A DNA stretch of 64,000 bases from an uncultured Verrucomicrobiae bacterium (GTDB lineage: Bacteria; Verrucomicrobiota; Verrucomicrobiia; Chthoniobacterales; UBA10450). The stretch is taken from the NCBI GenBank assembly GCA_963725505.1, contig CAVRYN010000012.1, forward strand, positions 18,164 through 82,163, given 5' to 3'. Every line of letters starts with the position of its first letter. The first letter of the stretch is position 1. Positions 40,294-47,714 of this stretch are shown here, piece by piece. The notes beneath the pieces are model-generated. The model searched no databases. It saw only the letters and a list, made by a program, of their open reading frames with translations, and was not told where the DNA came from. The position numbers were made by a program, and so were the translations under genes.

Positions 40294-40445
40294 TTTCCAA
40301 ACGAAATCGTTGACTCGTTGAAACGTTAAAACCTTGAAGCGTCGGAGCGCGACCCAATTTAACGTTGAAACTTCTTAACGTTTTAACTCGGTCGCTGAAT
40401 TAGACCTTTTCGCCCCGTTTCTCTTCCGATAATCTTCGCAGCAAT

Positions 40446-41462
40446 ATGGACTCACTTTATCTCGTCGGCATCGCGGTGCTGGCGCTCATCGGGTTTGTGC
40501 TTGTAGTTGTTGTCTCGAAATACTTCATGACGTGGCTGCGGGCCCGTATTGCGAACGCACCAGTCAGCATCGGAAAAATGATCGGGATGAGCCTGCGCCG
40601 GGTGCCAGTCGGTTTGATTGTGGACAATCGCATCACGGCGGTGAAAGCGGGTCTCGATGTCCGGAGCGATCCGCTGGAAGCGCATTATCTGGCGGGCGGA
40701 GACGTGAGCCACGTGGTGCTCGCGTTAATCGCCGCTGACAAGGCGGGCATTTCGCTCGATTTCAATCGTGCCTGCGCCATCGACCTTGCTACGAAAGGAA
40801 CTGGCAAAACTGTCTTGGAAGCAGTGCGCACGAGTATCAATCCAAAAGTGATCGACGCGCCCAATCCGGCGATGGGTCGCACGACCATCGATGGAGTGGC
40901 GCAGGACGGCATCGGCGTAAAAGTCAAAGCGCGTGTGACGGTGCGCTCGCATCTCGATCGATTCGTCGGTGGCGCGACTGAGGAAACAATCATCGCCCGC
41001 GTCGGCGAAGGCATCGTCAGCGCAATCGGCTCCGCGCATTCCTACAAGGAAGTGCTGGAGAATCCAGATCGGATTTCCAAAACAGTTCTGGCCAAAGGGC
41101 TCGATAGCAATACAGCCTTTGAAATTCTTTCCATCGACATCGCAGATGTGGATGTCGGCGACAATATCGGCGCAAAATTGCAGACCGAACAAGCCGAGGC
41201 GGACAAACGCGTCGCGCAGGCGAAAGCGGAGGTGCGCCGCGCAGCAGCTGTCGCTGTGGAGCAGGAGATGCGCGCCAAGACTCAGGAAATGCGAGCGAAA
41301 GTTGTCGAGGCCGAAGCGCTCGTCCCCCAGGCAATGGCAGACGCATTTCGCTCAGGCAACCTCGGTGTTATGGATTATGTCCGAATGAAAAATGTCCAGG
41401 CCGACACCTCGATGCGCGAATCGATCGCTGGCGGAGACAAGCCGCGGACGGATGGAACGTGA
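40446..41462 (+). CDS. floA: Flotillin-like protein FloA (UPF0365/SPFH family)
   Basis: 338 aa. N-terminal TM helix, [28 protein letters not shown] and [11 protein letters not shown] are typical of FloA/YqfA. Confidence 0.85.
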   Translation: MDSLYLVGIAVLALIGFVLVVVVSKYFMTWLRARIANAPVSIGKMIGMSLRRVPVGLIVDNRITAVKAGLDVRSDPLEAHYLAGGDVSHVVLALIAADKAGISLDFNRACAIDLATKGTGKTVLEAVRTSINPKVIDAPNPAMGRTTIDGVAQDGIGVKVKARVTVRSHLDRFVGGATEETIIARVGEGIVSAIGSAHSYKEVLENPDRISKTVLAKGLDSNTAFEILSIDIADVDVGDNIGAKLQTEQAEADKRVAQAKAEVRRAAAVAVEQEMRAKTQEMRAKVVEAEALVPQAMADAFRSGNLGVMDYVRMKNVQADTSMRESIAGGDKPRTDGT

Positions 41463-41506
41463 TTTGTTGAAGCGCTAAAGCGGTTGAACCGGGTGAGCGT
41501 TGTCGT

Positions 41507-41599
41507 TGTCATGTTGAGCGAAGTGAAACATCTCAGATTGTTGCGTTAGAATTTGTCGCAGGAATTGAGCAGAGATTCTTCGCTTCACTCAGAATGACA
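41507..41599. repeat. REP-like palindromic intergenic element, copy 2
   Basis: tgtcatgttgagcgaagtgaaacatctc ... gagattcttcgcttcactcagaatgaca. Same architecture as 28354-28447, with a compensatory C:G to T:A change in the stem. Confidence 0.7.
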
Positions 41600-41642
41600 A
41601 TGCCCTTTGACAACAATTTAACGATTTAACTGCAACTAACCA

Positions 41643-42287
41643 ATGCTCGCGGCCCATCTCGAGAATCTGCTTTTCCTTCTGCTTCTGGCCCTCGCCGGCT
41701 TGTTCCAGTTGCTAGGGCGAGCGGCACGCAAGACGAGCGGAGATGATGAAGAGTCAACGCCAAGACCTGCGCCGCGAATGCCGAAGCCAATTCCACGCGC
41801 ACCGGCAGAATCGGATGAAGAACGCATTCGCAAATTCCTGGAAGCTCTTGGCCAACCGGCTGCATCAAGGCCGCCTCCGCCTGTGGCGCCTCGCACAGAC
41901 ATTCCACCCAGACCGCTGGCGCCGGTGCAGCCACCTCTGGCCCGAGCGTGGAAAGTAATCCGAGAAGAACGACGCAAGCCCGACGTCATTCGAAGAGGGA
42001 GTCCTCCGCGTGAAACTGCGAGACGCGTGGAGAAAATATTCCCGCCAGCGATAACGGGTGCGCCTGCGTTCGAAGTTCACGATGGACCGTTACCGATCGA
42101 ACCGCCGCCGATTATCAAGACGCCAGTGGAAGCTTACGCAGCAGCCACGCGTCCAGTCCGCAAAGAGGCAGAGTTGAAAACAGACATCGCTACCTTGCTT
42201 GCATCGAAATCCGGTTTGCGCGACGCAATCATTCTACGCGAAATTTTCGGGCCGCCCCGAAGCATGCAACCTCTGGATCTACTGTAG
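41643..42287 (+). CDS. Membrane-anchored proline-rich protein (hypothetical)
   Basis: 214 aa. N-terminal TM helix (LLFLLLLALAGLF), then low-complexity P/R/A-rich sequence. Confidence 0.45.
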   Translation: MLAAHLENLLFLLLLALAGLFQLLGRAARKTSGDDEESTPRPAPRMPKPIPRAPAESDEERIRKFLEALGQPAASRPPPPVAPRTDIPPRPLAPVQPPLARAWKVIREERRKPDVIRRGSPPRETARRVEKIFPPAITGAPAFEVHDGPLPIEPPPIIKTPVEAYAAATRPVRKEAELKTDIATLLASKSGLRDAIILREIFGPPRSMQPLDLL

Positions 42288-42365
42288 CCGTCGCCCTGTG
42301 GGCGACGCGACCCTCAGCGTGCGAGCGGCAGCGGCGGCAGGCTTCGCACAGCGAAGCCGCTACAG
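42282..42365. repeat. Pair of inverted CTGTAGCC-hairpin units
   Basis: Unit on + strand: CTGTAGCC GTCGCCC TGT GGGCGAC (42282-42306). Unit on - strand: CTGTAGC GGCTTCGC TGT GCGAAGCC (42340-42365). Confidence 0.55.
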
Positions 42366-42512
42366 CTGACAAGCGGTTAAAAATCGCCTACGATCGGCCT
42401 GATGGACGATTCGTGCAGAAATTTGCGAGGTCGAGGCGACCAAACCAGCTTTTGAATCCGAACCGAACCTTTGATCGTTTCTCGGTTTCTCCCCGGAAGG
42501 AAGTCAAAAACC

Positions 42513-42737
42513 GTGGACATCTACGTATACATGCAGGGCCAACGACGCGGGCCTTACGAAAAGGCGCAACTGGAAGAAATGTGGAACCGCGGCCAACTTC
42601 CTAAGGACACGTTGTATTGGCACGACGGTATGTCCAAGTGGGCGGTGATCTCTGATCTGTTCGCAAACACCAGAATGCCGCCTCCTTTGTCTATGGACAC
42701 CGGCAACGCCGAATCGATGACGTTTCCCGCCGCATAA
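42513..42737 (+). CDS. GYF_2 (DUF4339) domain protein
   Basis: GTG 42513 lies 13 nt after GGAAGG. VDIYVYMQGQRRGPYEKAQLEEMWNRGQLPKDTLYWHDGMSKWAVISDL matches the GYF-like domain pattern. Confidence 0.6.
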   Translation: MDIYVYMQGQRRGPYEKAQLEEMWNRGQLPKDTLYWHDGMSKWAVISDLFANTRMPPPLSMDTGNAESMTFPAA

Positions 42738-42827
42738 TGAATGCGGATCACCGCATGTGAGTAGCCAAGAAAATTGTTTCTGCTTCGAAATCGGTGGTGC
42801 GTGCCGTCCGGCCACGTTAAACCAGGC

Positions 42828-43178
42828 TCAGCTCGCGGCCAGCGCAGCATCTACATCTGGGAAAATCTGAAATATTTGATCAAGTCGCGAACTTTCGAAA
42901 ATCGAGCGCATGGTTTCGTGCAGACCAGTCAGAAAAAACTTGCCACCATAGGCTTCAACCTTTTGCATGGCTAGAATAAGCGCTGCCAGGCCCGAGCTAT
43001 CGATGTAAGTCGCGCGGGAAAGATCTATCACTATCCGCTCCGGCTGTTTCTCGGTCATTGCGTTAAGTGACTCTGTGACAGCAGGCGAAACGTGCAGATC
43101 GATTTCGCCTGTAAGCGGCAGGACATTCGGGCGGTGTTGACGCGGCACCGGAGTGGCTGGGAAAGCGCTTTTGTTCAT
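42828..43178 (-). CDS. STAS-domain anti-sigma-factor antagonist (SpoIIAA-like)
   Basis: 116 aa. IDLSRATYIDSSGLAALILA contains the conserved phosphorylatable Ser context. Confidence 0.8.
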   Translation of the reverse strand: MNKSAFPATPVPRQHRPNVLPLTGEIDLHVSPAVTESLNAMTEKQPERIVIDLSRATYIDSSGLAALILAMQKVEAYGGKFFLTGLHETMRSIFESSRLDQIFQIFPDVDAALAAS

Positions 43179-43250
43179 TTAATTCCTTCAATCGTGAATG
43201 CATCACCATCCGGGCGTATCGATTATGTTTTTCACATCGGAAAGATCATC

Positions 43251-43355
43251 CGCGATGCGCGTCAGCAATCCAGATTGTTCGCCGGTTGGAATCAATCGCC
43301 GATACGCAGCCCAACTCCAACCGGCTTTGCTGAGATTGTCAGCGATGATTTCCCA
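43251..43355 (-). pseudogene. Relic of a small conserved ORF (WEII.DNLSKAGWSWG..GRTIWIADAHR family), copy 1
   Basis: Minus strand reads WEIIADNLSKAGWSW(g-deletion)..RRTIWIADAHRG*. No start codon and a 1-nt deletion relative to copy 50161-50266. Confidence 0.5.
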
Positions 43356-43639
43356 TTACTTTTTCACACATAAAGAGAATGCTCGGTTTGATGCGCCTTG
43401 CGGTGCGATGGCCAAGCAAAACCCTGCCGCCCTTGATGCGAAAACCCTTATCATCTTTGCTCTCCACACAGCAATTACAAGAATCTCGTTAGCGCATGAG
43501 CACGCTGGCGAGTTCAGAGAGTGGTGAGCGATCCCGTTTGGGATTTCGAGCCGAACAAAAAGCCGCCACGATGCCGCCGACGATGAGCGATTCTCACCGG
43601 CGGTGGCATCAGATCTCCGAATTAATCGAGCACGCGAAA

Positions 43640-44089
43640 TTACTTCAGCGTAATTTCGCGCATAAGCTTGGTGCCGATGATCTCGCGAATATCGAGGCGT
43701 TTCACTGCCATCGCCTGCTGTTGATCGGTTGTGCCCACGACTTTTCTGGCGATCGGATCGAACTTTTCGCGCCCGTTATCGAGCGCGGCCATGTTCTTCG
43801 ATTCCACCATTATCAGGATGTCGAAGTCCTGCGATGTGGCGGCGTTGCCGAGCAGGATCTTGTAATCGAGGACTAGATTCTGCTTCTTCGCTTCCTCAAG
43901 CGTGCCTCTCAATGTCTTGGCGAGGCCTTTGAGGTATTCATCGGTCATGCCGGACTTGGTTTTGACCATCGTGACGTTCCAGACCGGGCCTTCGGTATAA
44001 GGCGCATCGCTCTGTGCGGAGCACAGACTTGCAACGCAGAGCGAAAGCGCAGCGAGCGCGACGATTTGTAGTTTCTTTGTGATTTTCAT
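43640..44089 (-). CDS. Secreted hypothetical protein
   Basis: 149-aa ORF with a clear signal peptide (KKLQIVALAALSLCVASLCSAQS). Family not recognised. Confidence 0.5.
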   Translation of the reverse strand: MKITKKLQIVALAALSLCVASLCSAQSDAPYTEGPVWNVTMVKTKSGMTDEYLKGLAKTLRGTLEEAKKQNLVLDYKILLGNAATSQDFDILIMVESKNMAALDNGREKFDPIARKVVGTTDQQQAMAVKRLDIREIIGTKLMREITLK

Positions 44090-44227
44090 TAGGAGCTAAC
44101 TTTCTTGGTTTGGGTTGCTATCGAAGCTGAGACTTGAGCCGTTCTTGCGAATCGTAAATCTCACTCAGCGAGCGGTTAGACAACCAGAACGGCATTTCGT
44201 TTGAGAAATTCCGGTACTCAATGGCGA

Positions 44228-44318
44228 CGCGATGTGCGCCAGCAACGAAGATCGTTCGGCCGCGAGGACCCACTCCTGAGACGGAGCCCTAACTCCAACC
44301 AGCGATGCTGAGATTGTC
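44228..44318 (-). pseudogene. Diverged relic of the same small-ORF family, copy 2
   Basis: Minus strand reads DNLSIAGWS*GSVSGVGPRGRTIFVAGAHR with an in-frame stop. Nucleotide blocks ccaactccaacc / gctgagattgtc are shared with 43251-43355 and 50161-50266. Confidence 0.35.
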
Positions 44319-44547
44319 TATAGCTTTACGGATTGTTGAGAACGCAAGCAGGTGCGCATACGTAAACGTGTGCCTTTAGGCCGTCAAACAGCGTAAACCT
44401 GTATGCTTACTCGTAAACACAAGTAGATCGCAGAGCATAACGAACCCCTAGACTGAAAAAGGCTTCTATTACCCTGTTAGCGCGCTCCGGACCAATCAGG
44501 CCGTGATGATTTGCGCCTCTCAATGCTTCCTATACTCTGAACAAATC

Positions 44548-45561
44548 ATGATTGCGCCGGAACGCGAACAATTCCTCCAGCGCCTAGCTGTGTTCGGCGA
44601 TCTCGAGGCCGGCGAGCTCCGCGCGCTTGCCGAGGTCGCCCAGGTCGTCCAGTTCCCCGCCTCGGCGCTCATCTTCCGGGAAGGCGAAGCCGGCGACTGC
44701 GCCTACGTTGTCGTCCGGGGTTCGCTGGAGGTCTTCGCCATCGATCGGAACGGTGACGAAGTCGTCCTGGCGCAGCTCAAGGAGCTCGACCATGTCGGTG
44801 AGCAGTCGTTGTTACCCGGCCGCTCAGGCCGTCGCAACGCGAGCCTTCGCGCGTGTGAGGACACCACGCTCCTCCGAATCCCCAAGGCGGAATTCCAGAA
44901 GATCCTCACGCAGCGACAGACACTGAAAGACCTGTTGTCCGCGACAGGCCAGCAGCAGGTCCGAGCGAACGTGATCCGCACTACGAGGTTGGCCCGGATG
45001 TGGGCGCTCTTCATGTTCATTAACGGCTTCATCAGTATCGGTATCCTCTGTGGGCTGGCGATGGTCTTCCGGACGCCGTTCATTTTTCCATCGCTCGGGG
45101 CCACCGCGTTCCTGGTGTTCTTCACGCCCACGACTCCCGCGGCGAGTCCGCGGAACGCGCTGTGCGGTCACGCAATCGGTATCGCCTGCGGATACGCATC
45201 GCTGTGGATGACAGGGTTACAGTATGCCGGGCCGGCCATCGTCACGGAACTGGGCTGGGCGAGGATCCTGGCCGCGGCTCTCTCCCTGGCGACGACGGGA
45301 GCGCTGATGATTCGCCTGAACGTTCCGCATCCTCCGGCGGCGGCGACGACGTTGATCGTTTCCCTTGGCGTGGTGAGCAGGCCCGCGTACCTCGTCGTCC
45401 TTGAGGCCGCAGTCGGTCTGCTCGTGGGACAGGCGATCATCATCAATCGACTGACCGGTGTGAGGTACCCGTTCTGGGCCAGCGTCCCGGCGCCGAAGAT
45501 CGGCGTGCTGGCCAGCCGAGGCGCGCTGCAGCGGTTCACGCGGTTCCTCTGGCTCGGTTGA
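44548..45561 (+). CDS. Cyclic-nucleotide-binding domain fused to an HPP-family membrane domain
   Basis: N-terminal cNMP domain (FREGEAGDCAYVVVRGSLEV, GEQSLL..RRNASLRA). C-terminal TM block with FPSLGATAFLVFF and NVPHPPAAATTLIVSLG (HPP motif). Markedly GC-richer at third positions than its neighbours. Confidence 0.75.
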   Translation: MIAPEREQFLQRLAVFGDLEAGELRALAEVAQVVQFPASALIFREGEAGDCAYVVVRGSLEVFAIDRNGDEVVLAQLKELDHVGEQSLLPGRSGRRNASLRACEDTTLLRIPKAEFQKILTQRQTLKDLLSATGQQQVRANVIRTTRLARMWALFMFINGFISIGILCGLAMVFRTPFIFPSLGATAFLVFFTPTTPAASPRNALCGHAIGIACGYASLWMTGLQYAGPAIVTELGWARILAAALSLATTGALMIRLNVPHPPAAATTLIVSLGVVSRPAYLVVLEAAVGLLVGQAIIINRLTGVRYPFWASVPAPKIGVLASRGALQRFTRFLWLG

Positions 45562-45636
45562 TGCCTCGCGATCGACTGGCGTGATCAGCTAATCGCGGCA
45601 GCTGGTCATTAACCGGCTTTCCTTGATTGTCAGCGC

Positions 45637-45924
45637 TCAATCGTGAGCTTTGATCGGCCCTTCTATAATCTCGGGTTTCTGCGTGATAAGTTTAGACAGA
45701 TGCTCTTGGACGTAGTCCGCAGCCAGGTGCACTGACTCATCTGCGCCGGCTTTGTCCCTAAAGACGCTGACGGACGCGCCCTCGCCCTTACCAGTATCAA
45801 GCCAATAGTAGCGCACAAATCCCTTCGCTTTTTTAACGATGGGCACGAAGTCCTCGCGTACCCGGCGATCGATCTCTGCACTGTCCTTCGGATTAAAGTG
45901 GTAGTGGCGTATGACGGCGAACAT
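45637..45924 (-). CDS. ABM/Dabb-fold small protein (hypothetical)
   Basis: 95 aa. MFAVIRHYHF..VKKAKGFVRYYWLDTG..ASVSVFRDKAGADES is typical of the monooxygenase-like ferredoxin fold. Confidence 0.6.
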   Translation of the reverse strand: MFAVIRHYHFNPKDSAEIDRRVREDFVPIVKKAKGFVRYYWLDTGKGEGASVSVFRDKAGADESVHLAADYVQEHLSKLITQKPEIIEGPIKAHD

Positions 45925-46120
45925 GATGTTTCTCCTTAGCTTAAATTTTTGCGGTTTGTAACTCTATTTCTCGGATTCGTCTGCGGCGCCGCTCGTGTCA
46001 ATCCTGAATTGCTGATTTCAAGTTCAATAAATGCCCGTAGCTTTTTATCCGCTTTTGCATTTTTCCTCGTAACCTCGCGCCGGATTTCCCGCATTACGTC
46101 AGTGGAAAGGAATTTGAAAA

Positions 46121-46285
46121 ATGAAAACCTTTATTGTTTATGATTTGGATTCACAAATACCCGTTGCTGTTGGCGAACAAGTAAGCGCCGAAACCGCGCG
46201 ATATTGTGCAAGCGAGGCAACTGGGATTTTCTACGCAAACCTTTTGGCAGAAGAAATTGACCTGGAAAAACCAGTTACCTACTGA
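46121..46285 (+). CDS. Possible small ORF (54 aa) in an AT-rich islet
   Basis: ATG 46121 preceded by GGAAAGG at 46105-46111. Below the ORF-track cutoff and no homology recognised. Confidence 0.25.
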   Translation: MKTFIVYDLDSQIPVAVGEQVSAETARYCASEATGIFYANLLAEEIDLEKPVTY

Positions 46286-46304
46286 ACCACAATGGGAAAC
46301 GTCT

Positions 46305-46481
46305 ATGAAGGTATTCCTGCCAACAAAAATGACGTGTGCGGTAGTGTCTGCACTCATTTCCATTGCGTTCTTGCCTCAAGCATTCGCAGTTTTACGACCG
46401 CTTGTTCCAGCCAAACCCGAGCCGCCATTTAACGGCGAACCCATTATCATAGAAGAGGATTCGGTGGCCGGAACTGTTTGA
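46305..46481 (+). CDS. Possible small secreted peptide (58 aa)
   Basis: MKVFLPTKMTCAVVSALISIAFLPQAFA is signal-like, followed by a Pro-rich tail. Internal ATG of ORF 46206-46481. Confidence 0.3.
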   Translation: MKVFLPTKMTCAVVSALISIAFLPQAFAVLRPLVPAKPEPPFNGEPIIIEEDSVAGTV

Positions 46482-46553
46482 GGTTCACCTTTGATTTCGT
46501 AGCTTCAGGCTTTTTCTCGCCCGCGCGTCAGCTTGCCCTGACAATGCGAGCCC

Positions 46554-47714
46554 TTACATCTTCAGTGCAGCGCGCAGATGCGGGACGAGACGTTTACTGA
46601 ATTCCACCGAATCGCCAGCAGATAAGTGCGACCATTCGGGACAGTTAAACGCAGAGAGCTCCGGAAAGTCAGAGTAATAAATTCCGTGCGCGCCGGTCAT
46701 TTTCAAAAGCGGATCCCAAGTTCTTTCCCGTGGCGTGATCCGGTCCTCGAGCTCCTTCAACCCACCGGCGTTGGGAAACCGGACGAAAACAATGTTTCCA
46801 CCGCGCGATCGAATTTTTTCGATGGCAGCGGTCACGTCAGCAAAACGCTTTTGGATTGCTTCATTCATTTCGCGAAGAAAAACATCTTTCGGCACGTAAG
46901 TAGGTGGCGGCGGCGGCGTGAAGAGCGGAATCCAGATCTGTTGGATCTTTTTCGCTAATTCGCTCCCGGGTTCAGCGCATTTCTCCCACATTCGTGCGCG
47001 ACGTTCTCGATCTTCAGTTTGAAAGTAGGGCGGAAAACGCGGAGGCACCAACGCACCGGGCCGATTCGGGATCGGCAATTGGTTTAAAAGCGCTTCGAGA
47101 CTTAAATCATCAGGCTTTAAAAATGCGACATGCTCTTCCAGCGGCATTGCGAGATATTCGCTGACACGCTGGGCGGGCGTCTGATTGTGAAACCGCTTTA
47201 CTCCTTTTTCGGCACGGTCCATCGGCGGAGAGCCCGGCGGCGCGAAAAACAAATACGGGACAACGCTACAAATGATGGTGCCGTGAAAATTTTTGTCATT
47301 CGCGAGATCGGCCAACGCAGGCCAAGCGGTCGAGCCAGCCATGGCAAGTTGAATCGGTCGTTTGCCCAACCCCTTTTGGAATTCATCCAGGTCGACATCG
47401 AACCAGGCGCGAGAATCGCCGATAATCACAATGGATTCCGGCGCAACAATACGCCGGCGCAGCGTCCACAGATCCTCGTTATCATTGAGCGTCGGGGCGT
47501 AGCCAAGCGAGCGGCAGTATAACTCCCACGCCGTGGTCGCAGCGATTACAACGATGGTCACAACAACGGCGATTCCGCGCCAGGGCGCAGGCGGAATCGG
47601 GCGCTCAAATTCCAGAGGTGGACCGCCGTGAATCTGTTCCTCCCGCGAAGGTTTGCGGAAAAACAAGCGCGGTAGCCGGAGCCGTTCCTTAAAATTGGAA
47701 ATAGATGAACGCAT
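46554..47714 (-). CDS. Membrane-anchored SGNH/AlgJ-PatB-like partner of the MBOAT
   Basis: 386 aa. One TM helix (IAVVVTIVVIAATTAW), then VIIGDSRAWFD (SGNH block I GDS-like). Overlaps the MBOAT gene's 3' end by 26 nt. Confidence 0.55.
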   Translation of the reverse strand: MRSSISNFKERLRLPRLFFRKPSREEQIHGGPPLEFERPIPPAPWRGIAVVVTIVVIAATTAWELYCRSLGYAPTLNDNEDLWTLRRRIVAPESIVIIGDSRAWFDVDLDEFQKGLGKRPIQLAMAGSTAWPALADLANDKNFHGTIICSVVPYLFFAPPGSPPMDRAEKGVKRFHNQTPAQRVSEYLAMPLEEHVAFLKPDDLSLEALLNQLPIPNRPGALVPPRFPPYFQTEDRERRARMWEKCAEPGSELAKKIQQIWIPLFTPPPPPTYVPKDVFLREMNEAIQKRFADVTAAIEKIRSRGGNIVFVRFPNAGGLKELEDRITPRERTWDPLLKMTGAHGIYYSDFPELSAFNCPEWSHLSAGDSVEFSKRLVPHLRAALKM

